Part shown: in pieces, positions 1 through 10,097 of the stretch
Layout of the letters: each line of letters starts with the position of its first letter
Numbering within the stretch: position 1 is the stretch's first letter
Assembly: GCA_963695095.1 (NCBI GenBank)
Contig: CAVOFT010000001.1
Span: forward strand, 544,001-608,000
Source of the DNA: an uncultured bacterium
GTDB lineage: Bacteria > Krumholzibacteriota > Krumholzibacteriia > JACNKJ01
Reading direction: 5' to 3'
DNA: 64,000 nt
Made by a program: the position numbers and the translations under genes
The notes under the pieces: model-generated
The model's input: only the letters and a program-made list of their open reading frames with translations
Database searches by the model: none
What the model was told of the DNA's origin: nothing

Positions 1-591
1 CTGGCCGACTATCGCGATTTCATGGCCGCCGCCATGCCCGTTCCCCCGCGTGAGGTGGCGGCGGCGATGGCCGCCCTCGACGCCGGCCTGCGCTCGGCGA
101 ACGCCGGCGAGGCGAGCTTGCCTGCGCCCGCCGAGCGGCGCGGCCGCATCCTGCATCCATCCTTCGCGCACCCGCTCGCCCGCGTCGCCTTCGCCCTGGC
201 CGCGCTCTTCTTGCTTCTCGTCGCCCTGGACGCCCTGCCCGAGCGACCCCAGCGGCGCGAGATCCGCCTGCGCGCAGAACAGGTCCCACCGGCTCCCGGC
301 AGCGGCCTCGTCCTCGACGCGCCGCGGTTCCTACCGGATGGCGCTCTCGAGCTCTCCTGGCAGGCGCTGCCAGGCGCCGACGAGTACCGGCTGCGCCTGC
401 TTGCCGTCGATTTGGCGCTCCTGGCCGAGCGCGGGGTGGGCACTGCCACCCAGCTGCATCTCGCGGCGACCGAGCTCGCCGCCCTGAGGGCGGCGGGGGC
501 CATTCTGGTCTGGCAGGTCGAGGCGCGGGCAGGCGGCGATCCGCTGGCGATCTCAACGCCGGCGGCCATTCCTCTGCCTGCCCGGCCCTGA
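1..591 (+). CDS. Membrane-anchored protein, probable anti-sigma factor-like (5'-truncated): TM helix plus extracytoplasmic FN3/Ig-like domain
   Basis: Frame open from base 1; hydrophobic VAFALAALFLLLVAL; then LELSWQALPGADEYRLRL (FN3-like); directly upstream of a TPR-CHAT gene, a context typical of ECF/anti-sigma/CHAT clusters. Confidence 0.5.
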   Translation: MADYRDFMAAAMPVPPREVAAAMAALDAGLRSANAGEASLPAPAERRGRILHPSFAHPLARVAFALAALFLLLVALDALPERPQRREIRLRAEQVPPAPGSGLVLDAPRFLPDGALELSWQALPGADEYRLRLLAVDLALLAERGVGTATQLHLAATELAALRAAGAILVWQVEARAGGDPLAISTPAAIPLPARP

Positions 592-606
592 GCGGGGAGG
601 CCCAGC

Positions 607-3411
607 ACGAATCCGCCCGCGCGCATCGAGACCTGGCGACGCCGCATCGCCGTCCTGGCCGGCCTCGGGCTTCTGATCCTCAGCCTGCCGCGAGCCCAGC
701 CGCAGGCCGCCCCAAGGGGCAGAGCGGCGGAGCTCGCGCGCATCGACTCCCTGCGCAGCCTCTGGCGGGGCGCCGAGGCGCTCCTGCGCATCGATTCCCT
801 CCTTCCCGCCGTGCGCGCCGAGGGCGACGCCACCCTCCTGTTTGAGCTGCTCCTGCGCCAGGGCGAGTTGCGGACCTCCCTGGGCGACGCCGATCGGGCC
901 ACGGCCCCGCTCGAGGAGGCCCTGGCCATCGCCCTGGCCCGCGGCGACCCGCAGGGGCGTTTGTCGGCGCTGCGCTGGCTGGGCCTCGCCTGGGAAGGCC
1001 AGGGGCAGGCGGGCGAGGCGACACGTCTCTACCAGGAGCTGCAGAATCTCGCGGCGGCCGCGGGCGACGCCAAGCACCAGGGCTGGGCTCAGGTGGGCCT
1101 GGCCTGGCAGGACTATCTCGCCGGGCGCAGCGCTCGCAGCGCGGAGCGTTACCGGCAGGCCATCGCGCACTTCGCGACCACCGACGAGCGCCGCGGTGAG
1201 TTCTGGGCCTGGAATGGCCTGGGCGCCTCGCTGGCTGGTCTGGGCGATTTCCCGGGAGCAAGGGACTGCTACGCGCGCGCCGCCGGCGGGGCGCGCAGGG
1301 CAGGCGATGCCACCGTGGAGGCCATGGCCGAGAACAATCTCGGGGCGCTTGCCATGGATCTGGGCGACCCGGGCGACGCCATCCTGCACTTCGATCGCGC
1401 GCGACAGCTGGAGATCGCGGGAGGCTATGCGAAGGGCGCCTTCCTGCCCGCCTTGAACATCAGCCACTGCGAGCAGGAACTGGGACGCCTCGATGCCGCC
1501 GCCGTCAGCTTGGACTCGCTCCTCGCCGCGAGCCGCCAGGCTGGCTGGCCGGACCTCGAAGCGCGGACGCTGCTGCAGCAGGCCACCCTGGCCATGGACC
1601 GCGGGCGACCGCAGCAGGCTGCCGTCCACTACCGGGAAGCCCTTGCCCTGGGGGAGCGACTCCCGCCGCGCAGCGGCCTCGAGGCGCGGCTCGGTCTCGC
1701 GCGCGCGATCGGAGAGAGCGATGGCAATGCCGCTGCCCTGGCGGTGCTTCAGATCGAGGACGCCGGCGCCGCCGACGTCGAGGACCGCGTTCTCCGCCTC
1801 GCGATTGCCGCCGAGGCCGCGAAGCACCTGCTCGCCCTGGGCCGCCCCGCCGAGGCGCTCTTGCGCCTGCGCGCCGTCGGCGCCGAGGCGGAGCGGCTGG
1901 GATTGAACGGCATTCGCGTCGAGGCGCTGGCGCGCGCGGCGGCGGCCCATGCCGCCCTGGGCCGGCCCGACAGCGCGCTGGTCCTGCTGCGGCGCGGCGC
2001 CGAGGTCTGGGAGGCCGAGCGGGGCTTGCCGCGCGATGCCCAGTGGCGCGAGCAACGCGGGGCTGCCGCGCACTTCCTCTACTGCGAGCTGGCCGCGGCG
2101 CTGCTGGCGCCCCGCGATGGCCTGAGCGAGGCTGAGCGCCGCCGCGAGGCCTTCGATCAGCTGCAGCGCTTCAAGGCCCGCACGCTGCAAGAGCGGATGC
2201 TGGGGCCCGGCATGCACGTGGGCGCGCCGGATGCCGGCTGGGAAGCGGCGAACCTGGAGCGCCTGCAGGGCGAGACGCTGCGCAAGGGAGAGCTGCTGCT
2301 GGACCTCTATCTGGGCCCGGAGTGCTCGCTCCTCATTGCCGTCACCCGCGAGGACTGCCATGCTCTCCTGCTGCCGGCCGAGCGGCTCATCGCTCCGCGT
2401 CTGCGCAGCTTGCACGCCCTGCTGATGCGACCGCCGGACCCCGGCCGCAGCGGCGCCCAGCAGCGGGCCGAAGCGGCCGTCCTGGAGGCAGCGGCCGCCA
2501 CGCTGCGCGGGCAGCTCTTCGGCGGCATCGAGGACCTGCTCGCGGATTGTCACCGGGTCATCCTCGTCCCGGACGGGTCGCTCAATCTGCTCGCTCCCGC
2601 GCAGCTCGATGCCGGTGGCGAGCGCGAGTGGATGCGCGTGCCCGCCGCCGCCGTGCTGGTGCAGCTGCGCGCTCGCCGGCAGGCGACGCGCCCGCCGGGA
2701 CCGCCCCGCGTGCTGGCCATTGCCACGGCCGCCGGCGAGCAGGCCCTGCCGGGCGCGCAGCGCGAGCTGGAGACCCTTGCCCGCAGCTACGCCGGTGTCC
2801 AGGCGCGCGTGCTGGCGGATTCGGCGTCCGCAGTGCTCGCCCCCGAAGGCCTGTGCGGCTTCGACCTGCTGCATCTGGCAGCCCACGCCGAGGTAGACGA
2901 TCAGAACCCCTGGCAGTCTGCGCTGCTGCTCGGGCCGAACCGGGCGCGCTTGAGCGCGGCCGAGATCGCCCGCAGCCGTCTCGACGCCCGGCTGGCCGTC
3001 CTGGCCGCCTGCGCATCCGCGAGCGGTCGGGTGCTTTCGGGCGAGGGCGTACTCGGCCTGGCCAGCGCCTTCCTCAGTGCCGGATCGCCTGCCGTCATCG
3101 CCACGCTTTGGCCCGTGGATGACGCCAGCACGGCGGCGCTGATGGAGCGCTTCTACGCCGGCCTCGCCGAAGGCCGCAGCGCCGCCGCGGCCCTGGCCGC
3201 CGCGCAGGCGGCCCTGGCCGCCGATCCCCGCACCGCCCATCCATTTTTTTGGGCTGGGGTCGTGCTTATCGGCGATGGCGAGGGAGTGCTGCCCTTGGCC
3301 CCGCGCTCCTTCCTGGCGCGGCGTGGCGGGCAGTTGATCGCCGCTCTGGCAGCGCTGCTGCTGCTCAGCATCGCCCTGCGCCCCGCGCGAAAAAGAGTCG
3401 CGCACCTGTGA
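607..3411 (+). CDS. Exported TPR-repeat CHAT-domain (caspase-like) protease with C-terminal TM anchor
   Basis: TPR-like repeats (WAWNGLGASLAGLGDF, AENNLGALAMDLGD); CHAT motifs LLHLAAHA, VLAACAS, GEGVLGLASAFLSAG, LWPVDD, HPFFWAG. The frame extends upstream of GTG 811 to ACG 607 after GGAGG and encodes a signal peptide; start is uncertain. Confidence 0.85.
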   Translation, partial: TNPPARIETWRRRIAVLAGLGLLILSLPRAQPQAAPRGRAAELARIDSLRSLWRGAEALLRIDSLLPAVRAEGDATLLFELLLRQGELRTSLGDADRATAPLEEALAIALARGDPQGRLSALRWLGLAWEGQGQAGEATRLYQELQNLAAAAGDAKHQGWAQVGLAWQDYLAGRSARSAERYRQAIAHFATTDERRGEFWAWNGLGASLAGLGDFPGARDCYARAAGGARRAGDATVEAMAENNLGALAMDLGDPGDAILHFDRARQLEIAGGYAKGAFLPALNISHCEQELGRLDAAAVSLDSLLAASRQAGWPDLEARTLLQQATLAMDRGRPQQAAVHYREALALGERLPPRSGLEARLGLARAIGESDGNAAALAVLQIEDAGAADVEDRVLRLAIAAEAAKHLLALGRPAEALLRLRAVGAEAERLGLNGIRVEALARAAAAHAALGRPDSALVLLRRGAEVWEAERGLPRDAQWREQRGAAAHFLYCELAAALLAPRDGLSEAERRREAFDQLQRFKARTLQERMLGPGMHVGAPDAGWEAANLERLQGETLRKGELLLDLYLGPECSLLIAVTREDCHALLLPAERLIAPRLRSLHALLMRPPDPGRSGAQQRAEAAVLEAAAATLRGQLFGGIEDLLADCHRVILVPDGSLNLLAPAQLDAGGEREWMRVPAAAVLVQLRARRQATRPPGPPRVLAIATAAGEQALPGAQRELETLARSYAGVQARVLADSASAVLAPEGLCGFDLLHLAAHAEVDDQNPWQSALLLGPNRARLSAAEIARSRLDARLAVLAACASASGRVLSGEGVLGLASAFLSAGSPAVIATLWPVDDASTAALMERFYAGLAEGRSAAAALAAAQAALAADPRTAHPFFWAGVVLIGDGEGVLPLAPRSFLARRGGQLIAALAALLLLSIALRPARKRVAHL

Positions 3412-3758
3412 TTCTCGCCTGCCTGCCGGTTCCCACGGACAGCGCACAGGAGGCCAGCCCTCGCAGGGCGGTGCGGTTTGGGTCTGTTGGGGAGGGCTGG
3501 CCCCTTGCCTTGTCTCTCGACGCCCAGCTGGCGAACCTTGGCGTCGGAGCCGGCGACACGACAGCATCCTGAAATGAGGCGCAAGCGCGGCAGGGACGCC
3601 GCAGCTACGCCTTAGGCCCGGGTCGCCCCCCTGCGCCCCGGGCATTTTGTTGGCTCGCGATCGTCCTCGCTCTCGCCGCATCATGGCGCTCGCGCTCGCC
3701 CTCTCGCGCGCCGCTTCAAAGGCGCGCGACCCGGACGACCGCTCGTTTGCACGCAAGA

Positions 3759-3787
3759 TTGACCCGCCCACAGGGCCTTGCTACTTT
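3759..3787 (+). promoter_or_regulatory. sigma70-type promoter for mfd
   Basis: TTGACC-17 bp-TACTTT with TG extended -10. Confidence 0.55.
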
Positions 3788-3882
3788 GCCTAGCGGCGCC
3801 GGAGGCGGCGTCGCGAGTGTGCGAGAGCCCCCCGGTTCTGCCGGCCGGGGCTAGGTCTGTTTGCCGCCAGGAGCGCGACCGC

Positions 3883-6800
3883 ATGGCCCTTCTCGACGAT
3901 CTCCCGCGCCTGGCCGGCCCTGCTGCCGCCTTGCGCGAGGCCCTGAGCGCCGGGAGCCTCCGCCGCGTGCTCACGGGGCTCAAGGGCTCGAGCCTGCCGC
4001 TCCTGCTCGCCCGGCTCGAGCGGGAGCTGGCGGTCGATGCGCGGCCCTGGGTGATCCTCACCGCCCAGAGCGCGGAAGCCGAAGGCATCGCCGAAGACCT
4101 GCGCACCTTCGGGGCCGCGGGCGTGGAGCACCTGCCGGAACTCGAGGTGCTGCCCTTCGATCGCCACGGGGCCGAGCGCAACCTCATCGCCCGCCGGCTC
4201 GAAGTGCTCGATGCGCTCGAGCAGGGCCGTGCGCGCTTCCTCTGCACCAGCGCGGGCGCCTGGCTGCCGAAGGTGCTGCCGCCGGCGCTGCTCGCCGAGC
4301 GGCGCTTCCAGCTCAAGCCGGGCATGGAGATCGACCTCGACGAACTCGCAGATCGCCTGACCGCCCTCGGCTATCGCCGCGTGGGGCTCGTGAACGAGCC
4401 CGGCGATTTCGCGATCAAGGGCGGGATCGTGGACCTCTTCGCACCCAGTCCGGACAGCGAGGAGCCGGTGCGCCTGGAGTTCTTCGGCGACACCCTGGAG
4501 AGCCTGCGCGGCTTCGACCCCGCCACGCAGTGCTCCACCGGTACACTCGCGGAAGCCAGGGTGCTCCCCTGCGGGCCGGTGCTCCTGGCCGAGAGCGACC
4601 GCCGGCGGGCCGTGCGCGAGCTGCAGAGGCTCCACCCCGCCGACTCTGTACTCGTGGAGGACCTGGCCGCAAGCTTCATGGAGGGGATTGCCTTCGAGGG
4701 CATCGACCGCTACAGCGCCTACTTCGTCCCGGAGGTGCCGCTCTCGCAGTACTTCGCGGCCGGCTGCCGGCTGCTCATCCTGGATGCGCAAGCCGTCGCC
4801 TCACGCTGGGAGCAGCTCGCCGCCGACGCGGTGAGCCGTCGCGCCAAGGCGGAGGCCAATGACGAGCTGCCGCCCGCGGCGAGCGCGGCCTATCTGGATG
4901 CCGCCGCCCTGCAGACCCTGCTGGACCGCCCCGAGCTGCTGCTCGTCGAGGACGAGCTGGCCGAGGCGATGGCCAGCCCGCGCGCGCCGGTGCTGAAGTT
5001 CGCGAGCAAGAGCCAGCCCGCCTTCGGCAGCAGCGTCAAGGCCCTGCGCGAGGATCTCGGCAGCCTGGCCGCCGCCGGCTACCGCATCCACGTCTTCTGC
5101 GACAACCAGGGTCAGGCCGATCGCCTGGCGGAGATCCTGGCCGAGCACGAGCAGGCCCTGCATCTGCCCGTGGGCGACCTGCAGCACGGCTTTCTGCTGC
5201 CGGACGAAGGGCTGGCCGTCTACACCGACCACGAGATCTTCGACCGCTACAAGCGCATCCGCCGCCGCCGCCGGCTCTACCGCGGCGCTCCCGTGCGCGA
5301 CCGCGCCAGCCTGCGTCCGGGCGACTACGTCGTGCACATCGAGCACGGCGTGGCCCGCTACCAGGGGATGAAGAAGCTCAGCGTGCTGGGCGAGGAGCGC
5401 GAGGTCCTGCACCTGAGCTATGCCGACGAGCAGCAGCTCTACGTGCCCGTCGAGCAGATCCACCTGGTGGAGAAGTACGGCAACCAGGAGGATGGCGCGC
5501 CGCGCCTGAACCGCCTCGGCGAGAAGGCCTGGCTGCGCACGCGCAAGAAGGCCGAAAAGGCCGTGCGCGAGATGGCCATGGACCTGCTCGAGCTCTACGC
5601 CAAGCGCCAGGCCAGCCCCGGCTTCGCCTCCGGCGCCGACACGCCCTGGCAGAAGGAGCTGGAGGCCAGCTTTCTCTACCAGGATACGCCCGATCAGGCC
5701 CGGGCGGCGGCCGAGACGAAGGCCGACATGGAGCGCCCGCGGCCCATGGATCGCCTCGTCTGCGGCGACGTCGGCTTCGGCAAGACCGAGGTGGCGATTC
5801 GCGCCGCCTTCAAGGCCGTGCAGGCCGGCAAGCAGGTGGCCGTGCTCGTGCCGACCACCATTCTCGCCCAGCAGCACCTGCAGACCTTCACCGAGCGCCT
5901 GCGCGAGTACCCGCTGCGCATCGAGATGGTCAGCCGCTTCCGCTCGAGCGCGCAGATCAAGGAGACCCTGAAGCGCCTCGCCGCGGGCGAGCTGGACATC
6001 GTCATCGGCACGCACCGGCTGCTGTCGGCCGACGTCGCCTTCAAGGATCTGGGTCTGCTCGTCATCGACGAGGAGCACCGCTTCGGCGTCGCCCACAAGG
6101 AGAAGCTCAAGCGCGCGCGGGCCGCGGTGGACGTGCTCACGCTCACCGCCACGCCGATTCCGCGCACGCTGCACATGGCCCTCGGCGGCATTCGCGACGT
6201 TTCGCTGATCCGCACGCCGCCGCTCGACCGCCTGCCCGTGCACACGGAGATCGCCGCCTTCGACGACGAGATCATGAAGGAGGCCATCCTGCGCGAGATG
6301 GATCGCGGCGGGCAGGTCTTCTTCGTGCACAACCGCGTGGAGACCATCGACGCGATGGCGGCCTACCTGGGCGAGCTCCTGCCGGATCTGCGCCTTGCCG
6401 TCGGTCACGGCCAGATGAGCGACCACCAGCTCGAGCGCGTCATGGTGGACTTCATCGAGGGCGAGTACGACGTGCTCGTGAGCACGATGATCATCGAGTC
6501 AGGACTGGACATCCCGCGCGTGAACACCATCTTGATCAACCGCGCCGACCGCTTCGGGCTGGCCCAGCTCCACCAGCTGCGCGGCCGCGTCGGCCGCAGC
6601 CGCCAACGTGCTCACTGTCTGCTCATGGTGCCCCGCGACCGCGACGTCACCGAGGACAGCCGCCGCCGACTGGAGGCCCTGGTCGAGCACGATGAGCTGG
6701 GCGCCGGCTACAAGCTGGCCCTGCGCGACCTCGAGATCCGCGGCGCCGGCAACATGCTGGGCGCGCAGCAGCACGGCCACCTGGCCGCCGTCGGCTTCGA

Positions 6801-7320
6801 CCTCTACCTGCGCCTGGTCGCCCAGGCCGTGCGGGAGCTGCGCGAGGGCAAGAGCTACGTCCAGGACGTGCGCGTGGAATCCCGCCTCGACGCCCGCCTG
6901 CCTGATGACTACGTCCCCGATGCCGAGCAGAAGATGCTCCTCTACCAGCGCATGGGCCACATCGATCGCCTGGATGAGGCGCAGGCGCTCAGGCGGGAAA
7001 TTCGCGACCGCTTCGGCGAGCTGCCGGGGCCGGTGGAGAACCTGTTCTTGCTCCTGGAGGTGAAGGTGCTGGCCCAGGCGGCCGGGGTGGCCCGCGTCGA
7101 GCTCGGCGCGTGCACGCGACTGGAACTGCAGGCCGGGGCGGGACTACCGCCTGCGGTCGTGGCGGACTTGGCGCGGGACTTCGGACGCGATATACTCTTC
7201 AAGGGCAAGGATCCCCTGGTCCTGGAACTCCGCGCCGGTGCGGGCGAACACATCGACAAGGTGCGAAACCTGTTGAAGTCCATGGAGGGCTGTGCTACTT
7301 CATTAGCTTCAAATGCTTGA
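3883..7320 (+). CDS. mfd: Transcription-repair coupling factor
   Basis: GDYVVHIEHG (RID), CGDVGFGKTEVA, DEEHRFG, TATPIPRT, QLRGRVGRS, DLEIRGAGN, TRCF C-terminus; ATG 3883 follows AGGAG. Confidence 0.97.
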   Translation: MALLDDLPRLAGPAAALREALSAGSLRRVLTGLKGSSLPLLLARLERELAVDARPWVILTAQSAEAEGIAEDLRTFGAAGVEHLPELEVLPFDRHGAERNLIARRLEVLDALEQGRARFLCTSAGAWLPKVLPPALLAERRFQLKPGMEIDLDELADRLTALGYRRVGLVNEPGDFAIKGGIVDLFAPSPDSEEPVRLEFFGDTLESLRGFDPATQCSTGTLAEARVLPCGPVLLAESDRRRAVRELQRLHPADSVLVEDLAASFMEGIAFEGIDRYSAYFVPEVPLSQYFAAGCRLLILDAQAVASRWEQLAADAVSRRAKAEANDELPPAASAAYLDAAALQTLLDRPELLLVEDELAEAMASPRAPVLKFASKSQPAFGSSVKALREDLGSLAAAGYRIHVFCDNQGQADRLAEILAEHEQALHLPVGDLQHGFLLPDEGLAVYTDHEIFDRYKRIRRRRRLYRGAPVRDRASLRPGDYVVHIEHGVARYQGMKKLSVLGEEREVLHLSYADEQQLYVPVEQIHLVEKYGNQEDGAPRLNRLGEKAWLRTRKKAEKAVREMAMDLLELYAKRQASPGFASGADTPWQKELEASFLYQDTPDQARAAAETKADMERPRPMDRLVCGDVGFGKTEVAIRAAFKAVQAGKQVAVLVPTTILAQQHLQTFTERLREYPLRIEMVSRFRSSAQIKETLKRLAAGELDIVIGTHRLLSADVAFKDLGLLVIDEEHRFGVAHKEKLKRARAAVDVLTLTATPIPRTLHMALGGIRDVSLIRTPPLDRLPVHTEIAAFDDEIMKEAILREMDRGGQVFFVHNRVETIDAMAAYLGELLPDLRLAVGHGQMSDHQLERVMVDFIEGEYDVLVSTMIIESGLDIPRVNTILINRADRFGLAQLHQLRGRVGRSRQRAHCLLMVPRDRDVTEDSRRRLEALVEHDELGAGYKLALRDLEIRGAGNMLGAQQHGHLAAVGFDLYLRLVAQAVRELREGKSYVQDVRVESRLDARLPDDYVPDAEQKMLLYQRMGHIDRLDEAQALRREIRDRFGELPGPVENLFLLLEVKVLAQAAGVARVELGACTRLELQAGAGLPPAVVADLARDFGRDILFKGKDPLVLELRAGAGEHIDKVRNLLKSMEGCATSLASNA

Positions 7321-7420
7321 AAGCATGGGCTTTAGCCGGCATTTCACCCGGGCCGGCGGCGGTGGCCGCCAGCGGGGACGCCGAGTCGCCCTCTGCCTTT
7401 CCGAAATCCAAGCGAGGTGA

Positions 7421-9175
7421 ATGATGGCCATGGCAACGCTGCGGGCGGCCTGCGCCCTGGGGCTGCTCCTGACGGTGACCCTGGGCGGCTGCGGTAGTAA
7501 GAACCCCGACAAGGTGGTAGCGACCGTCAACGAGGTGCCGATCACCGTCGGCTACCTCGAGGCGAAGTGGGCCAAGCTGGCCGGGAGCGACGCGGACTAC
7601 GTGCCGACCGCGGCCAACAACGACTCGCTCCAGAAGGCCGTGCTCGACATTTTGATCAACAAGGAGCTGATGGTCGACAAGGCGAAGCAGGAGAAGTACG
7701 TCGAGGATGCCGTCTACAAAGAGGCCTACGAGAATCAGCTGAGCTATCGCCTCATCGAACTGCTCAAGAACAAGCAGGTCGTGGACAAGCTGCCGACCTT
7801 CGCGGAAGAGGATATCCAGGCGCACTACAAGTACGTGGGTCTGACCGTCAATGCCCGCCATATCGACATGGATACCGAGGAGGACGCCAAGGCGGTCGTC
7901 GCTGCGCTGCGCAAGGGCGAGATCAGCTTCGCCGACGCCGTGCTCAAGCACTCCACGGCCCAGGATCGGGACCGCGGCGGCGATCTCGGCGCGGTCAAGT
8001 TCGGCACCAACATCAAGCCGGTCGAGGATGCCCTCTTCAACATGAAGGAGGGCGAGATCACCGATCCGATCGGCACGCCCTATGGCTGGGGCATCTTCAT
8101 CGTCGACAAGATCAAGGAGTCCAAAGCCGAAGAGTACGCTTCCGTGCGCGAGAGCATCAAGCACCGCTTGGAGATGCGCGCGCTACGCGAGCTGGGCGGC
8201 AAGCACGCCGAGGACGTGCTCAAGAAGTACGGCTTCAAGTTCAATTGGGATGCCGCGGAGATCATCCTCCGCTATATGCCCGACGATCTGTCGCCCTCGC
8301 AGGCGGCGCAGGCGCGGGCGACGACCGAAGAGAAGCCGATCCTCAAGTTCACGCCCGAGGAGCTGAAGGTGACGCTCTACGAGTTGGAGGGCAAGCCCTA
8401 CACGCTGGCCGAGTTCTCCGACGAGTACGACCGCCTGCACCCCTTCGCCCGGCCGCAGAAGGGCAATCGGCTGCAGGGCGTCTACAACTACGTGCAGAAG
8501 GAAGTGGTCGGCATCACGATGCCCAAGGAGGCGCGCGCGATCGGCCTCGACAAGGACCCCGAGCTGATCCTGGCCATGAAGGAGTTCGAGGAGCAATCCT
8601 GCATCGGCGCCGTCCGGCGCATGCTCGTCGATCGGGATCTGGAGATCACCGAGGCCGATGTGCGCAAGTTCTACGACGAGAACCCGCGCTACTACACGCT
8701 CAAGCCGCAAGTGCGCTGCAAGCAGCTCATCACCAGCGAAGAGGCCAAGATCCAGGAAGCCTCGCGCCGCCTGCAGGCTGGGGAGACCTTCGATGCGGTG
8801 GGCAGCGATATCTCGATCGTCTTCAATCGCCAGTGGATCACGGACTGGTTCACGCCCGATTCGCTGGCGAATCCCGAGAACGAGGCGATCCGCCTGATCA
8901 GTCGCCTGCAGGCGCCGGGCCAGGTGACCCCGCCCTTCTACTACCAGGGTTACTGGGGCATCATGCAGCTCTTCGAGACCCGGGCCGAACAGCTCATGGA
9001 CTTCGCGGATGCGCGGCCGCGCGCGGAGCAGGATCTGCGCGAGGTGACGTCCAATGCCCGCCTGGACTCGCTGCTGTCGATCTGGCGCGGCGAGGCCAAG
9101 ATCGAGATCAACGAGCGCTTGCTGGCGAAGACGGAGAAGGGCCCCGATCCCAATCCGAACCGGGGACGCTTCTAG
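7421..9175 (+). CDS. Parvulin-type peptidyl-prolyl isomerase lipoprotein (PrsA/SurA-like, two PPIase domains)
   Basis: Lipobox LGGC; VVATVN; ARHI, GGDLG, PIGTPYGW; second domain VRCKQLI; start could be 7424 or 7430. Confidence 0.85.
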   Translation: MMAMATLRAACALGLLLTVTLGGCGSKNPDKVVATVNEVPITVGYLEAKWAKLAGSDADYVPTAANNDSLQKAVLDILINKELMVDKAKQEKYVEDAVYKEAYENQLSYRLIELLKNKQVVDKLPTFAEEDIQAHYKYVGLTVNARHIDMDTEEDAKAVVAALRKGEISFADAVLKHSTAQDRDRGGDLGAVKFGTNIKPVEDALFNMKEGEITDPIGTPYGWGIFIVDKIKESKAEEYASVRESIKHRLEMRALRELGGKHAEDVLKKYGFKFNWDAAEIILRYMPDDLSPSQAAQARATTEEKPILKFTPEELKVTLYELEGKPYTLAEFSDEYDRLHPFARPQKGNRLQGVYNYVQKEVVGITMPKEARAIGLDKDPELILAMKEFEEQSCIGAVRRMLVDRDLEITEADVRKFYDENPRYYTLKPQVRCKQLITSEEAKIQEASRRLQAGETFDAVGSDISIVFNRQWITDWFTPDSLANPENEAIRLISRLQAPGQVTPPFYYQGYWGIMQLFETRAEQLMDFADARPRAEQDLREVTSNARLDSLLSIWRGEAKIEINERLLAKTEKGPDPNPNRGRF

Positions 9176-9176
9176 C

Positions 9177-10097
9177 ATGCTCCGGGGAGCCGCCCGCACG
9201 GCACTGCTGCTGGGGCTGGGTCTGGCGGCCCTGGGCTGCGGCGGCAAGCAGGAGGCGGCCCCCGGCGCCCGGCGCGGGGGCCAGCCGACGACGGGCGCGC
9301 CCGAGCGGCTCGACTATCTGGTTCGCGTGGGCAACTCCGCCCTCAGCGAGGAGGATTTTCTCGCCGGCCTGCCCGAGGAGTTCAGCGGGCTGCTCACCGC
9401 CAAGGAGAAGCGCGGCTATCTCGAGCGCTGGGTGGATACTGAGCTGCTTTACCTCGCGGCGCTCGACCGCGGCCTGCTCGAGGACGCTGAGCTGCAGCGG
9501 CGCCTGGAGCAGCAGCGCCGCGAGTACATCGCCAATCATCTCCTGCAGACCGTACTCGTCGAGCGCGTCCAGATTGGCGAGGGGGAGATCGGCGACTACT
9601 ACGCCGCGCATCAAGCTGAGTACTCCTCTGAGTATCGCTATCGCGAGATCGTCGTGCGCAGCCAGGCCGAGGCCGAGGATCTCTACGGGCGCCTCACCCG
9701 CAATGCCATTGCTTTCAGTCGGGCGGCCGAGCAGCATTCGCTGGCCAGTTCCGCTCGCAGTGGCGGCGATCTCGGCTGGCTGGCCAAGGGCGCGATGCCG
9801 CCCGAGGTGGAAGAGCGCATTGCCCGCATGGCGCCGCAGGAGATCTCGCCGCCTTTCGAGACCGCCTGGGGCTGGACGCTGATCCAGTTCCGCGAACGCC
9901 GGGAGAGCCAGCAGCCGCTGGATCTCCAGGAGGTGCGCGACGAGATTCTGCGCTACCTCACCATGGAACGGCGCCGCGCCGTCTACACGGAATATCTGGA
10001 GGAAATCCAGCAGAGCTACCCCGTCCGCTTCCATCCGGAGCTCGACCAACGTTTGTCCAGCAGCGAGTTCTTGCCGTCGACAGAGGAGAGCGAATGA
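9177..10097 (+). CDS. PpiC-type peptidyl-prolyl isomerase lipoprotein
   Basis: Lipobox ALGC; SARSGGDLGW; ISPPFETAWGW; ATG 1 nt after upstream TAG. Confidence 0.85.
   Translation: MLRGAARTALLLGLGLAALGCGGKQEAAPGARRGGQPTTGAPERLDYLVRVGNSALSEEDFLAGLPEEFSGLLTAKEKRGYLERWVDTELLYLAALDRGLLEDAELQRRLEQQRREYIANHLLQTVLVERVQIGEGEIGDYYAAHQAEYSSEYRYREIVVRSQAEAEDLYGRLTRNAIAFSRAAEQHSLASSARSGGDLGWLAKGAMPPEVEERIARMAPQEISPPFETAWGWTLIQFRERRESQQPLDLQEVRDEILRYLTMERRRAVYTEYLEEIQQSYPVRFHPELDQRLSSSEFLPSTEESE

Noticed and set aside
607..3411. TPR-CHAT as a Craspase (type III-E CRISPR) or other defence component
   Set aside because: No cas genes or CRISPR array seen in the window; the protein appears exported and membrane-anchored
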